NCBI RefSeq assembly: GCF_036321535.1
Contig: NC_087437.1
Span: forward strand, 46,130,001-46,194,000
Source of the DNA: Camelus dromedarius
Lineage: Eukaryota
DNA: 64,000 nucleotides
Direction of reading: 5' to 3'
The notes under the pieces are model-generated. The model ran no database searches. It had not been told where the DNA came from and was given only the letters and a program-made list of their open reading frames with translations. Below, one piece after another: positions 26,336 through 38,899 of this stretch. Made by a program: the position numbers and the translations under genes. Numbering within the stretch: the stretch's first letter is position 1; each line of letters opens with the position of its first letter.

Positions 26336-29215
26336 GTCAAACAAATGTGGCCTAATAACTAAGTTTATTTGTCCTGAGTTTTCATATTTGGACCAAAGTA
26401 ATGCATTCACGTGTTATCAACTCAGTGCAGAAGAGCTTAGGATGAAAAATAACATTCTCTAAACCCCAGCTCTTTTTATCCTTAGTTCCATTACCAGATT
26501 CAAGCTATTTTAACATTATCTTTCCTCTGCTATTTACCCCCATAAGTCTAATAATACATACTTATACTATTTTATTGGTTAATCAAATTTGAAAGTATCT
26601 ATTGGCTCCTTGCTCTGACAGATGAGGATTTATCTTATTTCATGCCACCTCTTCCCAATACTTGGTAGTAATTCTTATTGTTTTTAGTTCTAGTCTGCAG
26701 TAACTTAGACGGGTGACTAACTTTTTTAACGTAGAAATCTCTCTGTCATCTCAGTCACGACCACTCAGCATGAAGCATCTCTTCCCTGCTGGTTGCTTTG
26801 TTGTTGCACAATAGGGTCATAGCACGTCTCCCTTCCAGCCCTGCCTGCCTTTGTGTGTTTCAGTCCTTTCCATCCTTCCAAGCCCAGATCGGTTCTTACC
26901 TCATCCATAAATCTCAGCTGTTCCAACATACTTTGGTATCTCTCCCTGAATGCTTCTTACTTGACTTCTGCAACACACAATTTAGTGCTTAATTATAAAG
27001 CTTATTGTTTGTTTTTGAGCCTGGCCCTCTCTTGTTCCCTGAGCCAATCACTGTATCTTGTGCAAGAGTGGCTCTCAATAACTGTTTATTGAACTGAATT
27101 GTTCTCTTCTCTAATTGATTCAGGTTTGTGCATCTTACCTGCCTCACTAGATTCAAAACTTCATCTACTTTTGTATTTTCCCATAGTGTTAAAAGCAGAG
27201 TAAGCACTCAACAATAAATAGTGGATAATTCTGCTCTTCTGCTTCATCTCCATTATCTTGTAGTATTTCTCTTGCATTTGCTGGAAGATAGTTTGAGGGT
27301 AGGAGAAAAGGTCCCATTTAGTATTAACTCTGGGCCACATAAAGTACATATTTTTCCTGCCTTCTTTTTGCAAGCTTAATTCTTTAACCCCATTCACTCC
27401 CTAAGCGCCTAAGGATGTTGTTAAATGTGACATTAAAAAAATATTCTTTAAGGCAATTTTTGTGGGCAGAAAAAATTACTCAAATTTTTGTGTTTTAAAA
27501 ATTAATAACCTGTTAGTTGTTAAAAATCCACAAATGTAGCTCTTTTTAGCTTTTAAATTCAGTTTTAAAATCTTATTTTTCTATTTATAAGTCCAGTAAA
27601 TTTTAATCACTTTTAAGGGGGTCTTTGACTAATACCCATTTACAATTTAAATAAACAGACTTAAACATTTTAAATTTCATTTATAACTTAAATATGCTTG
27701 ATTTTCTTTGCATAGACTATGATTTTTTTTTTAACTAACAAAACTGTTCCAAAGTACTTAAATAACTATTGTAAATCAAAGAAATCAAATTCACAGATAT
27801 GGGAAGACTAAAGTCTCTTAAATCTTCCAATATTATACTATTTTCACAGTCACAACTCTACATCAATAACTCAATTATATATTTTTAGTTGGAGTTACAA
27901 GGCTGAACTGTTATTTGAAAAGGCCAAATTCTCATATGAATATTTAATATTTCAAATACTCATATAGCCCTCAATACAAAGTTATAAATATTACAGCTTT
28001 GGTTTTATTAAACATTTATTAAATGAAATTGAAAATTCCTGGAGATTAAAAAAATACTTATCCATTGTGGGAAAAAATGTGTTACTCAGATGAATTTTGA
28101 GGCTTGTCTTTCCACTTGATTTTTGGGACTTGCCTTCTCAGCTCTTTGAAGGGACCAGAATGGTCTGGTGGAGCCTGCTGGGTAAATGGCCTCCACTGGC
28201 AGTGATCTCACAACTGATGTCCACTGGATTCAACTAAAACATTTTCTAGCTTCGTCTCTATGGGAAGTCTGCTGTTTAACTGACTTTTGTAGATGTTAAT
28301 CTGCAGTATCTAATTGTACCACTAGGACAAGGGATCAGGTAGTAACCTTACTTGACTGGACTTTTCCTTTCTTTGGCTTTTAAGATATGTACATATCTTT
28401 GCATCTAATTCTAAAGACCTTTGAACTGGAGAGCATCATGCATTCTTTTAATATATTTCTTATCTAAAAACCCCATAATTTCTACACATATTAAAATATT
28501 ATCTATTTGAATTAGGGACATGTCTCTTGGCTTTGACTGGTTTTGTGGTCACAATGTCTAAGAACATTCTGTTACCAAATATGAGCTGGGCATAGATTTA
28601 TAAAATAAAGTCTAGAAGTGGCCACTTTATACAAACCAGTGGTATTACTCTGCCCAATGCTTCCATGTTGCAGAGGAGAACAGAAGGCTAATCGTGGAGC
28701 AGAATGTGGCTCCAACTAAGTTGTTTACAACTATAAAAAGTGTATAAAAGGACACAGCTGTGCTGCTTCTGGAACTTTGTCTTGAAGTCAGGAAAGGGGC
28801 TTATGTCCTATGGGTAGTTTTCATAAAATGGAAGGCATGTCTGCCTGGCTTCGGGTAGTATCCTCAGTGCCCAAGACAATGCATTGTAGATTATTAATAA
28901 AAATATTTTGGATGGATGGATGCAGGCACTTTGCACCAAGCAGGTCTTCTACCTGTGCAAGTAAAGAATATATGTAGGAGATTGTTCATCTGGTTGCCAT
29001 TTAGCATAGGGCTAGATGCAGTAAACCGCAGAATTCCTAAGTGGAATAGAAGAAATTGACTCAACTGGGAAAGAATCAAGATGGTTTTATAAAAATTCAA
29101 GGTGATGCAACAGAACAGTAACAATGACAACAAAGTGAAAGCCCTAGGGCCTGGCTGTTTTGGGCAAGGAGACCCTTAACTGTGCTCTTATGTAATGAAT
29201 ATAAAAGTGATTCTG

Positions 29216-29342
29216 TGGGGGAGGGTATAGCTCAACTGGTAGAGCGCATGCTCAACATGCATGAGGTCCTGGGTTCAATCCCCAGTACCCCCTCTAAAAA
29301 TAAATAAATAAACCAAATACCACCCTAGCCCGAGGGGAAGAA
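29216..29342 (+). mobile_element. tRNA-derived SINE (camelid vic-1 type)
   Basis: GGGGAGGGTATAGCTCAACTGGTAGAGCGCATGC..GGGTTCAATCCCCAGTACC with A-rich tail; TSD AAAAGTGATYCTG at 29203-29215 and 29343-29355. Confidence 0.92.
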
Positions 29343-31194
29343 AAAAGTGATCCTGGTTTTCTCCAGTCAGTCTCTGATATTTTCTCATGGGCATAGATGA
29401 ATGTAACCAATTGCTATGACACTAGTGAGGACGGGCAGGCAGGCAGGGCACCTTGTTCTTGCTTGTGATCATTGAAATAGCAAGTTTTCAGTCTGGTTTT
29501 TCTCCACAGAATCTCTTAAATGACATACTGAGTACCACTGTAGACAGGGAGCTAAACCAGCTATGGAGAGTCTCTCTAACACAGCAGATGGGTTCCTATT
29601 TTCTACTGTATAGTTATGGGGAAAAACAATTGAACAAGGGACAAACATAAAATAAAATCTTTGTTATCCATAGACAAAGAAATACATTAATTCTGTGAGG
29701 TGTTATGAGAAGAGGAATCATAGGAATGACATGACAGGGTGTGTGGGGAGGGGAGAGATTTCTTAGGAGGACATAGAATTTGGGGAGCTGCTAAATCAGA
29801 AAGAAGATGATACTTTGGTTACAGGATTGGACTGGAGGGGCTGTGGAAGGATTGCATGAATGGGGGCTTGGAAAGTACAGAGGCCACTGCTGGTCAAGGA
29901 GGGAACTTATTTTTGTGACGAAGTGTTAGTCTTTAATGTTGAGGGGATTGGTGAAGGCTTGGATCTTAAGTCACAGTAAAGATCAAACCAAAAAGTGTTT
30001 TTTTGAACATCAGTTGTATGCAAGGAACTGGAACATTCTGTATTTTTCCTTATGTTCACGGTTACTTCCCCTGACATAGTGTGGATGAGAAAAGAAGGGT
30101 TAGACTATGCACATCTTTGGCCACTTTTGCCAAGGGAGCAGAGGTAGTCTGAGACTGAGTTTGCCTTGCAAAAACAATGCATTTGTGGCTCTCCTCCATT
30201 ACTGTTTTGTTCTTATAAACTAAAACTTAAGCACTATGACATGGTAGTCATCACACTTTCCAGGGCCCTCCACAACATGGCAGTTACTGACACGGTTTCT
30301 TTCCCATCATGCAGCCCAGAAGCAGTGAGATCACGGGGTAGGCAGCAAGGCAAACAGTATTTAATTGGTTCTAGAAGGGTGCCGTGGGAATACAAATATC
30401 CTTCTTTTCCCCTGAGGTTTAAATACACGGACACAACCAAAAAATGCAGGAGTGATGCTGCACACCAAACAAGCCCACACTTCCCTGCTAATTAAGTCGT
30501 TTTAATCTAATGAATATAAGCCACAAAATAAATTGGCATCGCAGTGAGTCAGGGAGTGATTTCACCGAAGTAAGTGCAGAGCTGGTGCTGCCTTGCTGGG
30601 ACAAGCAGAGCCTTTTACTTCCTTTCAAGTGACGCCCTGTGTGCACTGGGAGGAGGCGGCTTTACCTGGCAGCCTCTGAAAGCGGTTGGACCTCCTATCC
30701 AGCTTCACCTTTTCCCTGGAAAAACCTGGGTTTTAGCAACTGGAGAAGGTTGAGAAGCCCAGCCCAGGCTGACTGTGGTCCCCAGGGCCGTGGGTTTCCC
30801 CAGCTGGCCTAGAGTTTGGGGTAACAGACTGTTTATGAAGACGAATGCCAGGTTCCTTAATCTTGGTAGTGAGAGATGGAAAAAGTTCATGGTGTTATTC
30901 TATGTTGTTTTGACATGAGATCAAAGATAAGCTGCATTCCATCACGAGAGAGTGAGGGCTATTTTGGAAACATTTTGAGAACAATTTTTCAGCCTTTACC
31001 ATTTCATTTGAATTTTAACTTAACTCCTTCACTTCTTGTCCCTGTTATAGGAATAAGAGAAAAAAAAATTAAGTCAACAGCAAGGATAGACTAGTGCATC
31101 TTCACATGGAAAAAACAATGATTTTGGAATAACAAGTTCCCCCCTCACTATCTGAAAGTAGAGCCTTCCTAGGAAACCTTCCGCAAGCTGAAAT

Positions 31195-31527
31195 GGACAC
31201 ATCTTGCTAATGGATACAAAATAAACTGAGGTAAAGCACAGATGCTCCCAGATGCAGTCTGAAGTTAGGCAGCTGGAAGCTGAGATGCGGAGGGTGGTTC
31301 CCGGGGAAGGGGCTGGCAGCACTGCCCTGGCTGCATGAGGCTGTGTGCTGCCTCTACAACAGCTCACTGCAAAACCAGTGCTGGACACCGTCTTTACTTT
31401 TCACCTTTTTTTGGGTAAAAGTGAAAACCCTTTTCAGATTTCTCTCCACTAGAAAACAGGTACTCACGTAGGTCTTTGTAAAAGCAAAGTGGCATGAAGC
31501 AAACTTTTGAAAAGTGAGGGATACCTG
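31195..31527 (-). mobile_element. TcMar-Tigger fragment (Tigger6-like 5' end)
   Basis: Reverse complement begins CAGGTATCCCTCACTTTTCAAAAGTTTGCTTCATGCCACTTTGCTTTTAC and continues colinear with the Tigger6 consensus as I recall it, to TTAGCAAGATGTGTCC. Confidence 0.7.
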
Positions 31528-32513
31528 TTTTCTGCATAGGTGGGCTGACCACTGGGTTCTATCACCACTCACTGGTTTGGGGACCAGGGGCCAGCCTTGA
31601 TTCCTTATCTGTACACTAGAGGTAGTAATGCAGATTCAGTGAGTGAGCGTATGAAAAGTGCAGATCGAGCTGGAAAGACCAAGGAAAGCTCAGTTTCCTT
31701 GGCTGAGAGGTTCTCACTGCATTACAGTGGACATCCCTTACTTTCTAGATGCCTTTGTGGCAGGGGATTCCCATCTTGTCATGTAGGCAGGAAAGTCCCT
31801 TCTTCTTATGTGGGTTGCAGGGGTGTGGGAAGATTTCTCTTCTCACTGCTGTTGTGACAGTGAGGGTTAGGGGAGTCCCTTTTCACCCCTTTAGTACTGA
31901 TGAGAAAAGGGGGGAAAGATAACGGTGGGGAAAGGTACTTCTGGGTGATGTAGTTCAGAGATACATGGGACTGGAAACACTTTCTTCTTGTCATCAGTTT
32001 CGTGCTGCTGCAGGTGGGAGTGCTCGTCTGTTTCTATTGCATATTTTTACTAAAGGCTGATCCCCACTCCTTCTGTACTGTCTCCTCAGAAACCTTTAAA
32101 AGTCAGTAATATCAACAGTGTGCTGAGTTCTTGCTCCTTTGCCTCTCCTCTTCTTGTTAGTTATGGGTCTGAATTTCTACCTGCAGGATATGTGAATAAT
32201 GTGGAAACAATACTATTTTTAGCTAAGAGATTTAAGAAACGTAACCTCAATCCTCATATATCGCACACAAGGTAGTAACACTCTCATCCTCATGGAGCTT
32301 GCTGCCTAGTGGGAGAATAGCAGCCTTGGGAATTCCAAGAGGAGACGCAGAGTTGGCTGTTGGATTTGAAGTATTCATCTTTAGAAGGTAACTACAGGCA
32401 AGATATACAGACCTTAAAAAAAAGAAAAGATACACAGATCTTGAAGCATTGGTGTGTGTTTAGTTATTGAATACAAGGGAGCTGATGACATCGCCTAGGA
32501 AGAAAGGACAGAG

Positions 32514-32885
32514 CTGTGGTTCTCAGCCTTGGCTACATGTAGGAAAACTTTGGGGATCCTACCTCCATATATTCTGACTTAAAAATCATGCAGGAACAAT
32601 CTGAACATCAGGATGTTTTAAAACTCTTTAGGTGATTTTAATGTGCAGTCAGGCTGGAGAACCATGCCTCTACTCTTCCTTCCCATCCCCTCTCTCCTTT
32701 TCTCCTGCTACTTCAGTGCTTCTCAACCTGTGCATTAGAGTCACCCGGGGAGATTTTGAAAATCCAGATGCCCCTGCGACACCCCAGATAAACCACAATA
32801 GGAATTTCTAGGGATAGAACTGAGGCATCGGTCAATTTAAAGGCTAGGTGATTCCACTGTGCAGCCCAAGGGCTGAGAACAAGAC
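32514..32885. mobile_element. two adjacent MER5-type hAT MITEs
   Basis: Two units starting (C)AGTG/CTGTGGTTCTCA, each with AGGTGATT..TGTGCAG..GAGAAC ends. Confidence 0.75.
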
Positions 32886-33029
32886 GCTAAGGAAGGAGCG
32901 CACGTGGGTGTGTATCTGGAACATACTGAGGTAGCAGAGCTGACCGAGAGGTAGGCTCAGCACAGAAACGAGGGACGTACGTTGTTAGGTATGTGGAATC
33001 AGTGGTGCTTCACCACATTGTTGACAAGA

Positions 33030-33760
33030 AGGAATGATCGTGTCTCATCCCTGATCTTGAGCAGGATGCTTCCAACACTTCTTCGTAATAGAGACTATGC
33101 TGGGGAAGGTCCCTTCTGTTCTTTTACCGGGAGTTTGTCTCATGTTGAATTTTATCATATGCTTTTCCTGAATCTGTTAAAATAGTCACGTGGCTGTCTT
33201 TTTCAAATCTACTAATGTGCTGAATTACATTACAGATTTTCTAATATTTTTTTAACATTTTTTATTGATTTATAATCATTTTACAATGCTGTGTCAAATT
33301 CCAGTGTTCAGCAGAATTTTTCAGTCGTTCATGGACATATACACACAGATTTTCTAATATTAAACTGTCCTGTATTCCTTAGTTACAAGCGACTTGATGA
33401 TGGTATATTATCTTTTATCTGCACTGTTCCACTTGACTTTGCTACTATTTTAATATTTTTGCATCTTTATTCATGAATTAAAAACCTGAAAGTTACTCTT
33501 CTCCTAATGTCTGCATGGTTTTGGAATCGAGACTATTCTGGATGTATAAAATGACTTGGGTGTGTGTTTCCTCTTTTTCGATTCCCTGGAAGAAACTGTA
33601 AATGACAGATGTTTTCTTCCTTAAAAGTTTGGGAGAATTTTTGTGTAAAGCCATCTGAGCCTACTGTTTTCATTGTGGGAATATTTAAAAATGTTGCATC
33701 AATTTCTTTAAGAGTTATAACACTATTCAGGCCTTGCATTTTTGCTTATAATTATGATCT
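33030..33760 (-). mobile_element. old L1M ORF2 fragment
   Basis: Minus ORF 33533-33739 (PTMKTVGSDGFTQKFSQTFKEE) resembles the L1 ORF2 motif KSPGPDGFTxEFYQTFKEE. Confidence 0.8.
33249..33344 (-). mobile_element. young L1 3' tail inserted into the old L1
   Basis: Reverse complement matches the 3' end of the 24 kb L1; perfect 17-bp TSD ACAGATTTTCTAATATT at 33232-33248 and 33345-33361. Confidence 0.9.
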
Positions 33761-33879
33761 CAGAAAGTTGAATTTTTCTAGCTCCCAGCCTCCCTTATTC
33801 CTTCATCTATTGCAGATGCTTTTCAGCCAAATTTCCTGCTATCTTCATTTTTTTTTTGTCAATTAACATTGACTCTCAG

Positions 33880-35380
33880 CACACTGAAAGGTGGCTGTTT
33901 CCTACAAAGCTGCTTTGACAAGGTTGCTAATGGAACTCTGAGATGCCAACTCAAAAGGATTCTTTTTCATTCTTGTTTTCTTTGTGCTTTATTTTGAGAC
34001 TGTTTTCTAGCCATTCCTTCCTGAAATTTTCTATTCCTTGGCCTCTGTGGCAGAATTTCTTTTCTGGTCTCCTCCTGTCTCTCTGATTGTATTCTAGAAA
34101 TCTCATTCATAAACTCCTTCCTCTTTCTCTCCTACCTTGTGAATATTGACATTTTTGGATTTTCGTTCTCAGTCCACTGCTCTTTTCATTGTACCCGATC
34201 TCAGATCATCTTATCTACTCTAATGATTTAAATATTACCCAGGTGTAGGTCCAGGCTTTGTGGGGTCTGAAGCTTATACAATTTTGAGGCCTCTTTATAA
34301 GGAAAATAATACAAAATTGAATATAGGCCTCATCCAGAAAGTAAGGAGCCTGAAACTTAAGGTCTATTAAAATTTTAGTAAATATGCCCCTGTCTACATC
34401 TACAGATAAATGACATCCAAGTTCATATATCTTCTCTGGCCCCATTCCTAAACTAAAGATTTGTAAGTTAAATTACTTATTGGACTTATCAGTCCCACAG
34501 TGGGACTTAAGGTATTCAATAGTGTGGAGGTTTCAAAACATGGCCCCAAATTATCTGACATGCCTCCCATTGAGAAGTGGAGTTTATGTCCCTCTCTCTG
34601 AGACTGGGCTTTGTGATTGCTTGACCTAAACAGAATATAATGGATGCAACATGGTGCCAAGTTCTGTGCTGAGGCCTTAAGAAGCTGACAGCTTCCATTT
34701 CTCACATTTTGGAGTGCTTGCTTTTGGAACCTGGACACACTTTTGTGAAAAAGTCAGGCAGCTACATGAAAGCGCACTGAGGTCCTGGTTGGCAGCCAGC
34801 ACCGACCTACCAGGATGTGAGTGTGCCATCTTGGAAGTGGGTCCTCCAGCTCCTGTTCAAGTTGCCCTAGTTGATGCCACATGGAGCACAGATGTGATTT
34901 CCTCCCTGAGCTCTGCCCAAATTGCAGATTGGTGAAATAAAAAAAAAAATGATTGTGATTTTTAAAACCTTGAGTTTTGGGTTGATTTGTTACACAGCAA
35001 TAGTTAACTAGAACACACAGACAGATCAGCTTACTCTTTCCCTTGGTATGCTCAATCATAATTAGTGATGGTACCAGTGACACTGTCACCCATACATTAT
35101 CTGAGCATTCATTCTAAATCTTTCCTATTCCCTCTTCCTTCATAATTAATGACTCACTAAGTTATGTAGTTTCAGATTTAACCTCTTGGATGCTTCTTTC
35201 ATCTACTTCCTTTTCTCTATCCTTTGTAATGCCTTCTATATCTCTTGATGTTTTGCAGAAGACTCTTAATATATTTTTCAGCATCCATCTTTGTCCTGCT
35301 CAAAAGCCATTCTCTGCATTGCCGCAAAAATGCTCACAAAATAAATTTTAACCATGCTATTTCTTTGCTTAAATTCTTTT
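33880..35380 (+). mobile_element. L2 body, interrupted by a MITE (34240-34392) and an MLT1 LTR
   Basis: Pyrimidine-rich sense L2 pattern (CTTCCTGAAA..TCCTTGGCCTCTGTG..CTCCTCCTGTCTCTCTG). Confidence 0.55.
34523..35015 (+). mobile_element. MaLR solo LTR (MLT1F/G-like)
   Basis: TGTGG..AAAACATGGCCCCAAATT..CTCCCATTGAGAAGTGG..CTGCCCAAATTGCAGATT..TTTGTTACACAGCAATAG..AACA. Confidence 0.85.
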
Positions 35381-35829
35381 GATGAAATAAACAAAATATT
35401 TGAAAGATACAGAATCATTATCTCATTTCACTACTGAAGAGAGACCTAAGTTTGCAGGTTTAAAAATGACAACACTAAAATATAGATGTATTCTTATAAA
35501 ATTTCCTACAGATCTCCTAACCTTCATTCTGCCCTTACCTCTGCTTCCATCAAACAATCACAACAATAACAATGTTTTACCTATACTAGATTAAAAAACT
35601 AGTAGCTGCCTTGGATTTCCAATTTGTCAGTGGTAAGAAATAAAAAAATAAAAATAAAAATAAAAATAGAACAATGTCTGTGGGTATTGTGGGTTTTGAG
35701 GGGGGTTGTTAGTCAAAATTTTAATACCCAGCTAAATCATCATTTGTAAACAAGAGAAATAGAAATGCAAGTGCTTAAAAAAAGAGTATCACCCACATAT
35801 GCCTTCTAGAAATAAAAATGATTCTTTGG

Positions 35830-36239
35830 ATTATTTTAGTCTGTCTTGTCCTATTTGTAGTGGAACTTTCTAAGCCCAGTTATGAGATTGGATAATATTG
35901 CAGTAGCTACTGTACTGTTGCAGTGACAAATAAAGTAGCATTAGCTAACACTTTTCAAATATCTAATAGTTCAGTATTATAAGATAAATTGACTTCTGAA
36001 GGCTAGTCTGGAGGGACTAACTGCTATTTTAAAATCTTATTTCAATGAGAAAATTTATTTCCAGCTTTCATGCATCTAAGTTAATTTTTGGAGCATAATG
36101 TAGAAATATCTGAAGTAATTTGTCTTTCTGTCATACTAATGATTGCTTGAGTTTGATCGTATTACAGTGTATAGCCAAAATTCATACTCTTGATATTTAA
36201 AAGATACACATATTTATGAGAATGCTAAACAGTGTTTCC
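35830..36239 (-). pseudogene. possible next exon of the same decayed gene
   Basis: Acceptor GCTTTTTTCAG|G at 36240/36239, phase-compatible with the 36838 donor. The translation looks helical (KLKQSLV*QKDKLLQIFLHYAPKINLDA*KLEINFLIEIRF), but stop density is near random. Confidence 0.3.
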
Positions 36240-36837
36240 CTGAAAAAAGCATTCATTTTATTCCTTGCAGTTTCTCCACAACAGTAAAATGTTTAGAGAT
36301 CAGATTCTGAGTCTGTTTCAAAGTGTGACATCCAAGAATTGGTTTCAGTTTGACATCAATTGGCATTTTTTTTTTTTCATTTTAAGGTTGTCTTGGGTCT
36401 GAATTATCATAGCAAATGACTCTCTTAAATCAGTAGGAGGCAGGTATGTAGATTTAGAAAGTGATATTATTAATATTTCAACACAGAAAAGATTTTAATA
36501 CTTGGAGTACACATAACAGATATGTATGGTACCAGTGAGTTTCCCAGAATCACATTTTAATTACAGGAATGTCTGGGTGTTACACATTCAGAGTAGCTTG
36601 CAAGTAATTGAAGTGCTCAAACAATTTTTCTTTAGGGGGAGATTTAAACTATTTTGCTTTTTCTAAGGTTGTTACCACAAACATGGTTATGTTGAAGCGT
36701 GTGTATGTGTTTATAGGTTACGTAATTCTAACCCAGATTCCACATCCAAAAGGGTTACATTAATCCAGAAATAATTTTACCAGGTAATCTGGTAACAAGT
36801 TTGACAGGCAGGAACGAGTGAAGGTGGGTACCTTTAC

Positions 36838-38061
36838 CCCCATGGTGAGGAGAGTTGTATGTAAATGAGTTGTAGACTGAACCTTGCTTTTTAACTTTTT
36901 CTCTTTTAAAATTCTTCCTCTTCATAAACCTGAGAGAAAGCTATGCTTATTCCACTAAGTTACACAGAGTCCCATTAAAATGTACGACTGACGTCTTACA
37001 ATGTTATGATGTAATTGCTTCTTTACACTTTTTCAACAACATATAATAGCCTATTGTATAAACACTGACTTTCCCAGCTCTGGGTACATAACACCTATTT
37101 AGTTGGAGAAAAAACATCTCAGCACCCTTCCCGTGTAACAGTCAGTTTGCTCAGCATCCACTAAGCTTTCAGGCATGCTAAAGGGAAGAACACACACAGG
37201 TCTGAAATGTCCTTAGAGCATCAGACTTTAGGCTCAGGAGGTTCCAAGAAAATGCCCAAGTGCCTGGCGGATACGACAGACACGTCTAAGTGTTTATTCT
37301 GATAAACCTTATCCCTGGAAAATCTGAGGTAAGTTCTCAGCCCCTCAGCAGGAAGAGATATGCAGCCTGGAAGCAAGCACTGAAGACAGAATGCCCGTGT
37401 GGGAGAATTCCTTAGGATAGCGGGTACTAACTCAGGGGGATCCTGAGCTCTCATTTGGGTGAAAAGTTCCTCCAGGGCAGGGCGGCCACGTCTCCCCAGA
37501 ATTCCTGGCTCGCAGGGCTCACCAGACCTGCTCAGTACATTTTTGCTGACGAAGCACAATCTGTCATCATATACATCAGCTGGAGCCCTCTCCCAAAGGA
37601 CATTGTCATAAAAAATGGACGACTCCAGATTTGAAAATAAGGTATAGGTTGTGCTCAGGAAGGTTAAGGAAGAGGAGATGCCGTGGGAATCAGAAAGCAT
37701 ACAAATCTAGACATCATCTTTCCAAGAGATTGTAACAGCTTGGAGGGGAAAGCAGCGTGGCTCTATAAATAGTGAGCGAAATGGCAGGGCATTCACTCTG
37801 TAGAATTGCTCCATATGGTGAGAGGGGAAGACGACATCTTTTATTACCACACCTTCCCCAACAGCTAAACTGATAGCCTTGTAGCGAGGAGCTGCCAACG
37901 GCACGCTGCAAAATGACAGAAGCCCCACGGCTCCCTGAACTGCTAGATTGTACTCGTGCTCTGCAGAGAGCAGGGAAATCCCACTTACAGTGTAATCATA
38001 GCCACGTGTTGTCCTGTGCATGTGAAGCTCAGCCTACTGCCTGAGAGTCTACAGCATATGT
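36838..38061 (-). pseudogene. decayed coding exon of an unidentified multi-exon gene
   Basis: Acceptor TTTCCTTTCCTGCCTTCAG|A at 38062/38061. ORFs 37707-38021 and 37221-37700 share one frame, with only 3 internal TAG stops in about 280 codons. The same frame reaches a GG|GTAAAG donor at 36838, giving 1224 nt, phase 2-2; the last about 128 codons are stop-rich and weaker. Confidence 0.6.
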
Positions 38062-38267
38062 CTGAAGGCAGGAAAGGAAACACAAGGAGAGCCACAATTT
38101 CTTATAAACCAGCCATAAAAGGTCATTTTCCTTATCAAACCTGTTAATCTATTTATTTAGCTCTTTGAATTAATCCATTTGATTGAAACAATAAAAATGT
38201 TTACGAATCTCAGAAACATTAAGGAAAGGATCAGCTTTCTCTTTTAAATCAAGAATGCTGATTTACT

Positions 38268-38462
38268 ATATATAAAATAGATAAATAACAAGTTCATACT
38301 GTATATAGCACAAAGAACTATATTCAATATCTTGTAGTAACTTACAATGAAAAGTAACATGAAAATGAATATATATGTACATGTATGACTGATACATTAT
38401 GCTGTACACCAGAAATTGACACAACATTGTAAACTGACTGTACTTCAATAAAAAAATAAAAA
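38268..38462 (+). mobile_element. L1 3' UTR fragment
   Basis: TATATAAAATAGATAAATAACAAG..CTGTATATAGCACA..GCTGTACACCAGAAATTGACACAACATTGTAAACTGACTGTACTTCAATAAAA. Confidence 0.85.
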
Positions 38463-38899
38463 AGAAGTGTAAGTATAGTGCCAGTAAAATCTGCTGATAG
38501 AGAAGGTTCTGGTGAAACAGTTTTACAGTTCTGCAAGCTTAGATTTTTCAACCATATTTGAATGTTATGTGGCTACCATGCCTTTCAAATGTAATATTTC
38601 ATTATTTTAATCCAAGTTACACTTGTCTGTTTGCGGTTTATTGGAAAGAATTCTACTATTGCAGCAAAATTTAGTTATACTTTAATCCAGAAACCATTAA
38701 TGACAATTTTAGTGGGCTCCTGGGGACATCCAGGTATAAGTTGATACCTATCTTATTCTGTGTTTATGTTGATTCATTTTCCTGAACAACCTAGACAAAT
38801 AAATTGCTTGTCAATTCTACTTCAAAAAAAAAAAAAAAAAGAATGCTAAGATCATTGCAGATATCCTGTGTTAACATTAAATATTATTTTTGCTTCAAA

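Noticed and set aside
29217..29290. tRNA-like sequences here, at 6741-6822 and at 54070-54140
   Set aside because: They have A-rich tails and (for two) TSDs, and no proper acceptor stem, so they are SINEs rather than tRNA genes.
32245..32413. Minus-strand strong acceptor at 32414 with a 62-aa ORF
   Set aside because: The distal half resembles an L2 3' end (CTAG..AAGCTCCATGAGG) and there is no good donor, so it is not counted as an exon.
36387..36443. Plus-strand 57-nt segment with a good acceptor and a CAG|GTATGT donor
   Set aside because: Stops in all three frames and no partner exons; could only be non-coding and is unsupported.
37880..38000. Resemblance of YTVSG-x16-AVGLL to bornavirus nucleoprotein (YTVGG-x16-AVALL, from memory), suggesting an endogenous bornavirus-like element
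   Set aside because: Downstream motifs do not align colinearly without large gaps. The block also has a splice acceptor and sibling exons rather than a poly-A/TSD retrocopy structure. A profile search against Bornaviridae N would settle it.
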